Shown one piece after another: positions 9,114-19,578 of a stretch of 64,000 bases of DNA. Position 1 is the stretch's first letter, and each line of letters opens with the position of its first letter. Both the position numbers and the translations under genes were made by a program. Location: the NCBI GenBank assembly GCA_964601365.1, contig CAZRNE010000009.1, forward strand, positions 5,938 to 69,937, written 5' to 3'. This stretch comes from an uncultured Opitutaceae bacterium (GTDB taxonomy: Bacteria > Verrucomicrobiota > Verrucomicrobiia > Opitutales > Opitutaceae). Under the pieces are notes generated by a model, which was given only the letters and a program-made list of their open reading frames with translations, made no database searches and had not been told where the DNA came from.

Positions 9114-11015
9114 GTGAACGTCGTCCAGATCTACAACGCCCGGCATCCGCGGCTGCTGCTGTTCTACCCGCTGCTCGCCCTGCTGCTCGCGCCGCTGCTC
9201 GGCGGCCTCGTCTGGCGGCAATTGCTGCGCAGCGGCCTCTACAGCGAGCGCGAGCGCATCCAGAACCAGCGCCGCGTCATCGTCCCCGGTCCGCGCGGTG
9301 ACATCCTCGATCGCGAGGGCCGCGTGCTCGTCGGCAACCGTCCGCGTTTCTCCGTCGTGCTCAACCTCGCCGAGCTGCGCGGGGAGTTCCGCCGCGAATA
9401 CCTGAAGATCGTCCGCAACTTCCGCGCCGAGGCGCCCGCCGACCGCCCCTCCTCCGCGCAGATGGAGCGCCTCGCCCGCGCCGCCGTCGCCCAGCGCTAC
9501 CTCGACCAGATCAACTTCATCCTCGGCCGCGCCGACCGCGTGCGCAGCGCCGACCTCGACCGTCATTACGCCCAGACCCTGCTCCTGCCCTTCGTCCTCC
9601 TCGACGATCTCGCGCCCGAGGAATACGCCCGCCTCATCGAGCGCCTGCCGGTCAATTCCCCCCTGCAGGTCTACACCGCCAGTTCCCGTTATTACCCGCA
9701 CGGGGCGGCCGCGGCGCACGTCCTCGGCTACGTCGGCGCCAACAACAATCCGAAGGCGGAGGATTTCCCCGGCGAGGACCTCATGACCTTCAAGATGAAG
9801 GGCACGGTCGGCAAGGCCGGGCTCGAACAGCAGTTCGACGACCTCCTGCAGGGCGAGGCCGGCGGCGCCATCTACCGGGTCGATCCCGCCGGCTTCAAGG
9901 TCGACCTGCCCATCGAGAAGCGCCTGCCCGTGCAGGGCAAAAACCTCGTCACCAGCCTCGACCTCGACCTCCAGCTCGCCGCCGAGGAGGCCATCAAGGG
10001 CCACGTCGGCTCCGCCATCGTGCTGGACGTGCGGACCGGCGAGGTGCTCGTCATGGCCTCGGCCCCGAACTACGACCTCAACGCGCTGTCGCCCCGCATC
10101 TCCACGGAGACCTTCAGGCAGATCGAAGAGGCCGGCGGCTGGCTCAACCGCGCCATCCAAGGCCAGTATCCGCCCGGTTCCACGTTCAAGCTCGTCAGCG
10201 CCATCGCGGCGTTGCGCGCCGGTGTCGTGGACCGCGACAGCTCGCACACCGACTGCCCCGGCTGGATGATGGTCGGCAACCGCCGCTTTCCCTGCTGGAA
10301 GCGCGGCGGCCACGGCGAACGCGACCTCATCGGCGCCATCCGCGACTCCTGCAACATCTTCTTCTACACCTACGGCCAGCAACTGGGCCCCGACCTGATC
10401 GCCAACGAGGCCCGCCGCTTCGGATTCGACGAGCGCACCGGCATCGAGCTGCCCTCCGAGTTCCGCACACCGCATGTCGGCACGCCCGACTGGAAAAAAC
10501 GCATCTACAACGAGCGCTGGTTTCCCGGCGACACCGCCAACCTCGCCATCGGCCAGGGCGACACCCTCGTCACCCCCCTGCACATCGCCTGTCTGGCCGC
10601 TTCGCTGGGGCGCGGAGAAACCCTCACCAAGCCCACCCTGCTGCACGATCCCCGGCGGCCGGCCCAGCGCTCCGCCCCGCTCGGACTCGATCCGCCGGAT
10701 TACCAGGCCGTGCTCGACGGCATGGCCGAGGGCTACCAGTTCGGCACCGGCCGGCTCGCCAAGGTCGACGGCGTCAGCGCCGGCACCAAGTCCGGCACGG
10801 CGCAGAAGGGCCGCATCGAGCTCGGCTGGATGGTCGCGCTCGCCCCGATCGAGCGGCCCGAGATCGCCATCGCCGTCTGCCTCGAGGGCCAGGAGCTCGA
10901 CGGCGATTTCGGCGGCGGCCTGCACGCCGGCCCCGTGGTCAGGGCCATCCTCGAGAAGTGGCACGCCAAGCGCGAGCAGCGCACGAGTCCGACCATCACG
11001 TTGCGCGCCGAGTGA
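9114..11015 (+). CDS. mrdA: Penicillin-binding protein 2 (elongasome transpeptidase)
   Basis: 633 aa with an N-terminal TM helix. Motifs STFK (PGSTFKLV), SxN (RDSCNIFF) and KSGT (GTKSGTAQK). Follows mreBCD with a GTG start. No rodA follows. Confidence 0.9.
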   Translation: MNVVQIYNARHPRLLLFYPLLALLLAPLLGGLVWRQLLRSGLYSERERIQNQRRVIVPGPRGDILDREGRVLVGNRPRFSVVLNLAELRGEFRREYLKIVRNFRAEAPADRPSSAQMERLARAAVAQRYLDQINFILGRADRVRSADLDRHYAQTLLLPFVLLDDLAPEEYARLIERLPVNSPLQVYTASSRYYPHGAAAAHVLGYVGANNNPKAEDFPGEDLMTFKMKGTVGKAGLEQQFDDLLQGEAGGAIYRVDPAGFKVDLPIEKRLPVQGKNLVTSLDLDLQLAAEEAIKGHVGSAIVLDVRTGEVLVMASAPNYDLNALSPRISTETFRQIEEAGGWLNRAIQGQYPPGSTFKLVSAIAALRAGVVDRDSSHTDCPGWMMVGNRRFPCWKRGGHGERDLIGAIRDSCNIFFYTYGQQLGPDLIANEARRFGFDERTGIELPSEFRTPHVGTPDWKKRIYNERWFPGDTANLAIGQGDTLVTPLHIACLAASLGRGETLTKPTLLHDPRRPAQRSAPLGLDPPDYQAVLDGMAEGYQFGTGRLAKVDGVSAGTKSGTAQKGRIELGWMVALAPIERPEIAIAVCLEGQELDGDFGGGLHAGPVVRAILEKWHAKREQRTSPTITLRAE

Positions 11016-11021
11016 GCGTCG

Positions 11022-13232
11022 TCAGCCGCGCGCGGCGCGCAGCTCGCGCCGGGCTTGGCGGAAGATGCTGCGCGGCTCCGGCCAGGATTCACGCCGGCCG
11101 TAGCGAAGGCGCCTGAGTTCATCCCTCACGCCGGTCAAGCCGGCCGTTTCCGCGCCCGCTGCGCCAAACTCCGCGATGCGCCGCAGCCATTGCCCGGCCT
11201 CGTGCCGCACCGGATCGAAATTTTTCTCGCCGCCCAGCGCGCGCGCCTGCAACCACAGCCACGGCAACATGCGGGCCAGCGCCCAAACCAGGGCCACGGT
11301 CAGGACGAGCCAGAATGTCGTGCGGGATACACGGCGCATGTCCCACGGCTGTTTGACCCAAGCCTTGAGCCGGGCCGCAAGACCGGCGAGCGCCTCACGG
11401 ATCGCCCCGCCGGTGTCAACCGTCAGACCGCGGACCCGTTCGATCATCTGGGCCTGTGTGCGCTGGTCGAAATTGACGATGCGGCGATACCAGAGGACGC
11501 GCAGGCTGTCGAAGCGCGCGTCCCAGCTGCTGTCCTCGGCGCGCGCCGCGCGCAACGCCGCGGCCTGGGCGGTTGAGGTCATCGCACCCGGCGTGGCGTC
11601 AAAGCGCTGCCAGGCGCCGTTGTCGAAGACCTCGCTCCAGGCGTGCGCGTCGGAATTCTTCACCATGAAGTAGTTTTCGTAGGCATTGAGCACACCACCG
11701 CGGAATCCGGTGACAACCCGCGCCGGATGCCCGGCCGCCCGGCACAGCACCACGAGGCCGGTGGCGAAATACTCGCAGAAACCCGGCTCGTTCGAGTCGA
11801 TCCACCGCACGATGTCGTCGCCCGGTCCCGGGGGCGAACGCGATGAGAGGGCGTAGGCGTGGCGTTCCTGCAGCCAGGCGGTCGCGCGGCGGGCGAATTC
11901 GGTCGCGGACAGGTTTTCGCCGCGGGTGATCTGCGCCACGATGCGCGCCAGGACGGCCTCGTTGTCGGGGCCGACCGGGCCGCGCAGGACATTGAGCGAG
12001 GGCAAGGGGGAGCCGCGGGCCGCCTTGGCCAGGATGTTCGTGAGCGGGATGTCCGGGATCGGCTCGTCCAGCACGACTCCGTCGAGCTGGAAGGCGTTCA
12101 TCGCCACCGGCTCCTGCCGCAGGGCGACCAGCCGGTGCCGCCGGCTCACCTGCACCGGCGCGATGTCGCGCATCCGCAGATGCGTGAAGGAACCGGGCAG
12201 CGGCAGGAAACGGCTCACGCCCGGCTCGACATAGATCGTCCAGGTGCCCCCGACGGCGTGCGGCCCGCCGAAGCCGGCCTTGCCCCTGACGTATTGCTGC
12301 CAGATCTGCTCTTTCTGCAGCTCCACCTGCATCGCGGTGGACATCCGGAAACCCTCCGGCGTGTATTCATCGAGCACGACCAGCCGCCAATAAGGGATGT
12401 CGCGCACCGATTTCGCGTCGGTCAGGTCCACGCGCATGGCGATGCTCTCGTCGCGGATCAGCTCGCTCACGTCGCCAAAGCTCACCCGCTCGGTGAAACC
12501 GGTCTTGCTCTTGCGCGTGATGTAGCGGTCGAGGAAGAAACTGCTGCCCAGCTCGAAGCGCGGGATGATGACGAAGAGCAGGCCCGACAGGCCGACCACG
12601 AGGGCGAAGAGCACGGCGGTGAACCCGAGCAACCGCCAGTCAAACACCTGCCGCAATCGCGCGAAGAGCCGCCCCCAGCCGAGGCGCGTCCAGGCCGGCG
12701 CCTCACGCAGTTCCTCGGGCCGGAGCACGGCGGACTCCGGCGCCACCGTGTCCACCAGCGTGACGATGAAAAGGAAGCCCAATGCGCAGGCCGTGAACAG
12801 GAGCAGGAGGAAGGCGAAGCCCAGGGTGACCGTGAGCACGCCGGCCACGACGATGAGGAACAGGCCCAGCACGATGAGCTGCAGATCCTCGCGCTTGCCC
12901 CGGTAGGATACCGCCCGGTAGAGGGTGAGCAGCATCGCCAGCCGGATGAGGACGGGCAGCGTGTCGGGCGAGAAATAGAAGTCGGCGCACATCGCCACGA
13001 TGATGGCCGGCACCGCCAGCTTCCACACCAGCGGGGGCACGCGCGCCGGCAGCTGCGGCCAGGCGATGGTCGCGAGGATGACCGTGCCCGCCACCGCCAC
13101 CAGCCCCAGCGCCTCGACATCGAGGAAGAACACCGTGAACAGCGAGACCAGCGCCAGTGCGCCGCCGAGCAGCCACTTGAGCCGGCGCAGCTCGTCGAGG
13201 TTAAGCTGCGGCCGCTTTGCTGCCGTCGACAT
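11022..13232 (-). CDS. Transglutaminase-like membrane protein (TgpA/DUF3488-type)
   Basis: 736 aa with a multi-TM N-terminal half. Transglutaminase core Cys (GFCEYFATGLVVLCRAAGHPARVVTGF), then DAHAWSEVF (His) and a downstream Asp. Last gene of the MoxR-DUF58 operon. Confidence 0.8.
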   Translation of the reverse strand: MSTAAKRPQLNLDELRRLKWLLGGALALVSLFTVFFLDVEALGLVAVAGTVILATIAWPQLPARVPPLVWKLAVPAIIVAMCADFYFSPDTLPVLIRLAMLLTLYRAVSYRGKREDLQLIVLGLFLIVVAGVLTVTLGFAFLLLLFTACALGFLFIVTLVDTVAPESAVLRPEELREAPAWTRLGWGRLFARLRQVFDWRLLGFTAVLFALVVGLSGLLFVIIPRFELGSSFFLDRYITRKSKTGFTERVSFGDVSELIRDESIAMRVDLTDAKSVRDIPYWRLVVLDEYTPEGFRMSTAMQVELQKEQIWQQYVRGKAGFGGPHAVGGTWTIYVEPGVSRFLPLPGSFTHLRMRDIAPVQVSRRHRLVALRQEPVAMNAFQLDGVVLDEPIPDIPLTNILAKAARGSPLPSLNVLRGPVGPDNEAVLARIVAQITRGENLSATEFARRATAWLQERHAYALSSRSPPGPGDDIVRWIDSNEPGFCEYFATGLVVLCRAAGHPARVVTGFRGGVLNAYENYFMVKNSDAHAWSEVFDNGAWQRFDATPGAMTSTAQAAALRAARAEDSSWDARFDSLRVLWYRRIVNFDQRTQAQMIERVRGLTVDTGGAIREALAGLAARLKAWVKQPWDMRRVSRTTFWLVLTVALVWALARMLPWLWLQARALGGEKNFDPVRHEAGQWLRRIAEFGAAGAETAGLTGVRDELRRLRYGRRESWPEPRSIFRQARRELRAARG

Positions 13233-14505
13233 AGGCGGCGACTCCTTTCACGCCCTCCGGGGCGAAGGTGATGACGTTGCGCGTGAGGCCCGCCGCCGGG
13301 AAAGGCGGCGCCGAGGCGCGCGGGGAAGGCTTGAGCAACGCGAGCTCGTCGAGGAAGGCCTCGACGTCGCGTCCCCGGCGGACTTCGCGCAGCGGCGCGT
13401 CGTTCACGCAGAGACCTTTCAGCCGTCCGGCCGTGAAGAGGTCTTCGGCCATCGTTCCGGCGAGGCTGCACAACAGCTCGAACTGCTCCGGACGCACCCA
13501 GACCTCCGCCGGCGCGTCGACCCACAGGGCGTAACCGTCGTGGCTCTCGGCCGCGAATTGCCGCACCATCAGCTGGCCGAGACGGGCGCTGGCCTTCCAG
13601 TGGATGAGCCGGTGCGAATCGCCCTGCGCGTATTTCCGGAGAGCCAGCAGGTCTTCGCCGGTGCCGGCCCGGGCCGTGCGGCTGCCGCCGCTGCCGGTCT
13701 GCGCGGCCAGGGAGTGATGAGCCCGGTATTCGACCTGGGCCGGCCAGACCAGCACGCGGGTCTTCAGACCGGTGCCGATGTTCTTGCGCAGGAAACCGAA
13801 GGGGAACAGCGAGCCGACCGCGCCCAGCTCGACGGCGGCGAGACCGCGTTCGGACGGCTTCACCACCCAGTCCACCGTGCTCTCGCCACCCGGCTCGAGC
13901 CGCTCGCGCAGGAAGAGCCGGCCGCGCGTGACCGCCTTCTCGGCCTCGGCGAGGATCTGGCGGATCTTCTTGCCGTCGAGTTCCCCGTCGTCGGGCAGGG
14001 GAGCCTTCACCGGCTGCGTCGCCAGCTCGAACCAGAGGCCGTAGGTCGGCAGCCACGTCTTGGTGTTGCGCACATCCACCTGCACGAGGGTCTCGTGCCC
14101 GGCGCGCCAAGGACCCTGCGGCCGCAGGCGCCAGCAGATGCCCATGAAGTTGAACCACGAGAGCAGGCCGCTGAGCAGCAGGCAGGCCAGCAGCAGCGCG
14201 AGGGTGATGAACAGGATGTTGCTCGCCGTGTTGTAGGCCGCCGTGCCGATGCCCATCGCGACGACGAAAAGGAACACGCCGGGCAGCGTGGGCGAGATCC
14301 GGTGGCGCTTCGGCGGAAACACCATCGACCAAAGCAAGGTGCTCCAGCGGAAGACGCGCTTGGCGCGGTCGCGCGCGCCGGGCCCCTGCCAGTCGGGCGC
14401 GGTTTCAGTCTGGTAGGGGCGGTTGCCCTCAACCGTCCGGAGGTCGGATTTCTCCGGCCGGGGGCCGTTGTCGGCAGCGGTCCCTGCCTGTGCCATCGCG
14501 CCCAT
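13201..14505 (-). CDS. DUF58 family protein (vWA-like, MoxR-associated)
   Basis: 434 aa with N-terminal TM helices and a LRKYAQGDSHRLIHWKASAR motif typical of DUF58. Sits between the MoxR ATPase and the transglutaminase. It overlaps the downstream gene by 32 nt. Confidence 0.75.
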   Translation of the reverse strand: MGAMAQAGTAADNGPRPEKSDLRTVEGNRPYQTETAPDWQGPGARDRAKRVFRWSTLLWSMVFPPKRHRISPTLPGVFLFVVAMGIGTAAYNTASNILFITLALLLACLLLSGLLSWFNFMGICWRLRPQGPWRAGHETLVQVDVRNTKTWLPTYGLWFELATQPVKAPLPDDGELDGKKIRQILAEAEKAVTRGRLFLRERLEPGGESTVDWVVKPSERGLAAVELGAVGSLFPFGFLRKNIGTGLKTRVLVWPAQVEYRAHHSLAAQTGSGGSRTARAGTGEDLLALRKYAQGDSHRLIHWKASARLGQLMVRQFAAESHDGYALWVDAPAEVWVRPEQFELLCSLAGTMAEDLFTAGRLKGLCVNDAPLREVRRGRDVEAFLDELALLKPSPRASAPPFPAAGLTRNVITFAPEGVKGVAAYVDGSKAAAA

Positions 14506-14508
14506 CGC

Positions 14509-15489
<981 letters not shown>

Positions 15490-15537
15490 GCTACCCCTGC
15501 GCCCGGCCCGCGCAAATGGATTCCCCGGCGCCGATCC

Positions 15538-16077
15538 CTAGATCCTGACCGGGTGCAAGGCGCAGGTCGTGGCCGCGCCGAGGCCTTTTTTGAACCGGGG
15601 GAAGAACGCCGCGAGTGAGAAGGCGAGCGACAGCTCGATGAGGCCGGCCTCGCCATAATGCGCCCTCAGGTTCTCGCGCAACCCGGCGGGATCACCGCCC
15701 GCCTGCAGCTCGTCGACCCAACGGCAGATGTCGGCCAGTCCGGGCGGCAGTTCCTCCAGGCGGTTGTAGACCACAGCCCGCAGCAGGTCGTCGGCCACGC
15801 CTTCGGCCTTGGCGAGGTTGACCGCCATCTGCGCGCAGGCCCCGCAGTCCTCGCGGAGCGTGGCCCGCACGACCGCGACGTGCTTGGCCGCGGGCGGGAG
15901 GGCATGGCGATGGCTGCCGAGCGGACCCAGCAGCCCGAGCTTGAGGACGAGGCCCGGCGTGTGCGCGATCACGGGCTTCAGGTAGTCGAGCGGTTCGCCG
16001 ACCACCTTCTCCTGCCGGCGCACCATGGCGGCCAGCAACCGCTGGAACAAAGTGGGTTTGGGAAGACCGGCTGGCAT
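15538..16077 (-). CDS. Carboxymuconolactone decarboxylase/AhpD-like family protein
   Basis: CxxC motif in LREDCGACAQMAVNLAKAEG. About 180 aa from ATG 16075-16077; the longer track ORF has an implausible N-terminus. Confidence 0.6.
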   Translation of the reverse strand: MPAGLPKPTLFQRLLAAMVRRQEKVVGEPLDYLKPVIAHTPGLVLKLGLLGPLGSHRHALPPAAKHVAVVRATLREDCGACAQMAVNLAKAEGVADDLLRAVVYNRLEELPPGLADICRWVDELQAGGDPAGLRENLRAHYGEAGLIELSLAFSLAAFFPRFKKGLGAATTCALHPVRI

Positions 16078-16267
16078 GGCAGGACCATAGCGGCTCTTCG
16101 CCCCGCGCGCCTCTGGCCGATCGGCCCATGCCGTCGAAAAGCCTGCCGTCAGCGGTCCGGGTCGAAACTGTTCTGGTCCCGGATGTTTGAACATCAACGC
16201 GCGGCACCTGTTCGGTCTTGGCCCGGCTGGAAAAATTCCCAATTTACACGGCAACCCCACCCCATCG

Positions 16268-17458
16268 ATGCAAACACCGCCTGTTGGCTCGCAACCGCTG
16301 AACCTGACCCCTGGCAATCTGTCCGTCGCGAAGGAGGGCACCTACTTTGTCTTCGTGCTGATCATCTCGATCCTGGCCTGGGTCGCACTGGCCTTTACCA
16401 TCATCGGCCTGGTTTACGGTCTGTTGATCGGCCTGTTTCTCTGGATCGGCAACGGTCTGCTCATCGCCTATCTCCGTTCCGAGGCCGTCCGGGTGAGCGA
16501 GAAGCAGCTGCCCGAATTGCACGCCACCTTCCTGGACGTTTGCGCCCGACTCGGCGTGCGGCAGATCCCGGCGCTTTATGTGCTGGAGGCGGGAGGTGCG
16601 CTCAACGCCTTTGCCACGCGCTTTTCCGGCCGCGATTTTGTCGTCATCTATGCCGACTTCCTCGGGGCGCTCGGCGCGCAATCCAGCGAGATGAAATTCG
16701 TGCTGGGTCACGAGTTGGGCCACATCAAGAGCCGCCACATCCTGAAGCAGATCCTGCTCGCGCCCGGACTGTTCTGTCCCCTTATCGGCCCGGCCTACCG
16801 GCGCGCGTGGGAATCCTCCTGCGACCGTCATGGCGCCTATGCTGCCAATGACGTGGAAGGCTCCGTCCGCGCCATGATGGTTCTCGGCGGCGGACGCGAC
16901 CACGGCCGCTCGCTCAACGCCGAAGTCTACGCCGCGCAGCACACCGAAGAACGCGGCTTCTTTGTCTCGCTGCATGAGCTGACCTCCGGTTATCCCACGC
17001 TCTCGCGGCACGTGAGCGATGTGCTCGCGCTCAAATACGGCCAGCCGGCCCCGGCGCCCAAGCGCAATCCCTTCGCCTATCTCTTCGGTCTCTTTGTCCC
17101 CGGCGGCAACCTCGGCGGTGGCGGAGCCTCGAGCCTGCTCATCATGGTGGTCGTGGTCGGATTGCTGGCCGCGATGGCGATACCCGCCTTCCAGAAGGTG
17201 CGCGAATCCGCCACGCACCGGGCTTGTTACAATTCCCGCCTGCAGCTCGAGGCCGCACTCGAACAGCACATCCTTGAGCAAGGCAAGGCCCCCGATTCCT
17301 GGGATGAGATTGTCGGGGCCGGCAAGCTCATCGCCACGATGCCAGTGTGCCCGACCGGCGGATCCTACTCCGCGTCGTCAAATGAAAATGGCAAGTATGT
17401 CGCCGAGTGCTCGACCCACGGTTCCGGACCGCCGCCCCGACCGGGGGCACCGCGCTGA
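16268..17458 (+). CDS. M48-family zinc metallopeptidase fused to a C-terminal pseudopilin-like domain
   Basis: N-terminal TM helices and HEXXH (VLGHELGHIKSRH). The C-terminus reads LLIMVVVVGLLAAMAIPAFQKVRESATHRACYNSRLQLEAALEQHILEQGKAP...MPVCPTGGSYS. This resembles the hydrophobic helix plus globular head of T2SS/type IV pilin-like proteins, but lacks the G-F-T-L-x-E cleavage motif. ATG 16268 is preferred; the track uses TTG 16187. Confidence 0.7.
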   Translation: MQTPPVGSQPLNLTPGNLSVAKEGTYFVFVLIISILAWVALAFTIIGLVYGLLIGLFLWIGNGLLIAYLRSEAVRVSEKQLPELHATFLDVCARLGVRQIPALYVLEAGGALNAFATRFSGRDFVVIYADFLGALGAQSSEMKFVLGHELGHIKSRHILKQILLAPGLFCPLIGPAYRRAWESSCDRHGAYAANDVEGSVRAMMVLGGGRDHGRSLNAEVYAAQHTEERGFFVSLHELTSGYPTLSRHVSDVLALKYGQPAPAPKRNPFAYLFGLFVPGGNLGGGGASSLLIMVVVVGLLAAMAIPAFQKVRESATHRACYNSRLQLEAALEQHILEQGKAPDSWDEIVGAGKLIATMPVCPTGGSYSASSNENGKYVAECSTHGSGPPPRPGAPR

Positions 17459-17467
17459 AGCTGCACG

Positions 17468-17794
17468 CTACCCCACCCAGCTGATCGCCTGGATCTTGCG
17501 CGCCAGCGCCACGTCCTTCGCCGTCACCTTGCCGCCGGCGTCGTGGGTGTTGAGGCGCACGGCGACGCGGTTGTAGACATTGGTCCAGTCCGGATGGTGG
17601 TCGGCCGCCTCGGCCTCGAAGCCGACCCGCACCATGAAGCTCATCGCCTCGCGAAACGAACCGAACTTGAACTCCTTCGCCAGCGCATCGCCGTCGCGGC
17701 GCCAGCCCGGCAGTTCGCGCAAGGCGGCGTTGATTTCTTCGGACGTCAGGGGCGTGGCGGGCACGCGGGGGAAATTGAGCAAGCCTCTATCCAA
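17468..17794 (-). CDS. 4a-hydroxytetrahydrobiopterin (pterin-4a-carbinolamine) dehydratase
   Basis: LPGWRRDGDALAKEFKFGSFREAMSFMVRVGFEAEAADHHPDWTNVYNRVAVRLNTHD matches the PCD/DCoH family signature. The start is uncertain (TTG at 17794, or an in-frame GTG about 10 codons downstream). Confidence 0.85.
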   Translation of the reverse strand: MDRGLLNFPRVPATPLTSEEINAALRELPGWRRDGDALAKEFKFGSFREAMSFMVRVGFEAEAADHHPDWTNVYNRVAVRLNTHDAGGKVTAKDVALARKIQAISWVG

Positions 17795-17986
17795 GGCAAG
17801 CCAGTTGCCGGGCCGGATGGTGGAGCCCGGCCTTCCGCCGTCGCCAGGCTATGGCGGGACAAGCCGGACGTGTTCTGAGCGCGTCGAGACGCCGCGCTCC
17901 ACCCAAGCACGCCAAGTGAAGGACCCGCGCCACGTGCGGATGGGGGCTTGTCAAAGCTCCCCGCCCCAACCTCAATCGCCCGTCGC

Positions 17987-18727
17987 ATGAGCCCCGCCGG
18001 CCAGATCCCCCAGCACGTCGCCATCATCATGGATGGCAATGGCCGTTGGGCGAAGCAGCGCGGCCTGCCCCGGCTGGAGGGGCACCGCCAGGGTGTCGAG
18101 ACCGTGCGCCGGGTGGTGGACGCCGCGCGCGAGATCGGCATCCGCTACATCACGCTCTATGCCTTTTCGGCGGAAAACTGGAAGCGCCCACCGGAGGAGG
18201 TCTCGGGCCTCATGGGCCTCCTCGACTACTTCCTGAAGCGCGAGCTCGACAACCTCATCAAGGAGAAGGTCCGCCTGCACACCATCGGCCGCACCGACGA
18301 GCTGCCCGCCAACGTCCAGCGCGAGCTCGACCGGGTGAAGGAGGCCACGAAGTCCTTCACCCAGTGGAACCTCATCCTCGCCCTCAACTACGGCTCGCGG
18401 ACCGAGATCGCCGACGCCGCCCGGGACTACGCGCGCGCGGCGCAGGCCGGCCGCGAGGACCCCGCCGCCTGCACCTGGGAGCGGTTCAGCCGCTATCTCT
18501 ACACGGCGGACTTCCCCGAGCCCGACCTGCTCATCCGCACCTCCGGCGAGACGCGGCTCAGCAATTTCCTCATGATGCAGCTGGCCTACGCCGAGCTGGT
18601 TTTCCTCCCCACCCTCTGGCCCGACTTCGGCAAAGCCGAGCTGGCCGCCGCCGTCGCGGAGTTCGGCCGCCGCGAGCGCCGCTACGGGCTGACCACCGAG
18701 CAGTTGCAGGCCGGCTCCACCCGCTGA
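17987..18727 (+). CDS. uppS: Di-trans,poly-cis-undecaprenyl-diphosphate synthase
   Basis: HVAIIMDGNGRWAKQRGLPRLEGHRQG and ITLYAFSAENWKRP motifs. ATG at 17987. Confidence 0.95.
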   Translation: MSPAGQIPQHVAIIMDGNGRWAKQRGLPRLEGHRQGVETVRRVVDAAREIGIRYITLYAFSAENWKRPPEEVSGLMGLLDYFLKRELDNLIKEKVRLHTIGRTDELPANVQRELDRVKEATKSFTQWNLILALNYGSRTEIADAARDYARAAQAGREDPAACTWERFSRYLYTADFPEPDLLIRTSGETRLSNFLMMQLAYAELVFLPTLWPDFGKAELAAAVAEFGRRERRYGLTTEQLQAGSTR

Positions 18728-18728
18728 C

Positions 18729-19571
18729 ATGGGCGCGCGCATCTTCAGCACCGTCGTCCTCTGGAGTGTTGTGCTCGGCAGCCTCTGGCTGTTCGGGACG
18801 CACGCCGCGGTCGCCCTCATCACCCTGCTGACGGTCGCCACATTGTGGGAGTTCTACGGCATGATGGAGAAGATGGGGCAGCGGCCGTTCCGGTGGATGG
18901 GGATCACGCTCAGCATTCTGATGACGGCCGGCACCTACTACCTGGCCTTGGTCGTGGATGAACCCGATGTGCTCGCCAGCATCCCCTCCGGCTTGCTCGT
19001 GGTCGGCCTCATCGCCTCCTGCTGCCGCGTGCTGGGCGAGCGCGACACCGCCAGCCGCGTCGAGGCCATTGCCTCCACCACGCTCGGTCTCCTGCTCGTG
19101 CCCTACATGCTCCATTTCCTCGTCCGCATCCTCATGCGCGAGGCGCCGAGCACCGAAAACCTGACCCTGTGCCTCTGGATCGTGGCCGTGTCGAAATTCT
19201 GCGACGTGGGCGGGCTGCTGACCGGCCTCGCCCTCGGCCGGCACAAGATGGCCCCGAGCATCTCGCCCAAGAAAACCTGGGAGGGAACCCTGGGCGGGCT
19301 GGTTTTCTCGATGGGCATCGGCGCGGCGATCGCCTATTTCGCCTCCGGCCACCTGCCCGAAAACCTCACCCCGACCGTTGCCGCACTGGTCGCCCTCCCC
19401 CTCGCCGTCACCACGGTCATCTCCGACCTCATCGAGTCCGCCATCAAGCGCCGCGCCGACATCAAGGACGCCGGCAAGCTCATCCCCGGCATCGGCGGCG
19501 CCTTCGACCTGACCGACAGCCTCATCCTCACGGCCCCGGTCGCGTATTTCATCTTCCTCTTCGTCGAGTAA
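18729..19571 (+). CDS. cdsA: Phosphatidate cytidylyltransferase
   Basis: Polytopic membrane protein with a C-terminal SAIKRRADIKDAGKLIPGIGGAFDLTDS motif (CTP-transferase signature variant). Conserved uppS-cdsA order. Confidence 0.85.
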   Translation: MGARIFSTVVLWSVVLGSLWLFGTHAAVALITLLTVATLWEFYGMMEKMGQRPFRWMGITLSILMTAGTYYLALVVDEPDVLASIPSGLLVVGLIASCCRVLGERDTASRVEAIASTTLGLLLVPYMLHFLVRILMREAPSTENLTLCLWIVAVSKFCDVGGLLTGLALGRHKMAPSISPKKTWEGTLGGLVFSMGIGAAIAYFASGHLPENLTPTVAALVALPLAVTTVISDLIESAIKRRADIKDAGKLIPGIGGAFDLTDSLILTAPVAYFIFLFVE

Positions 19572-19578
19572 ACCCGCG

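Noticed and set aside
16187-16267. Upstream extensions given by the ORF track for several genes: M48 peptidase 16187, mreB 6407, uppS 17948, dnaA 24842, sucA 55676, lpdA 60013, MATE 34473, sodA 43352, tadA 42062, rpiB 62341 and HAD 61476.
   Set aside because: The track translates TTG and GTG as M and takes the longest ORF. The extensions are Arg/Pro-rich or repeat-derived and precede canonical family N-termini that have their own ATG or GTG.
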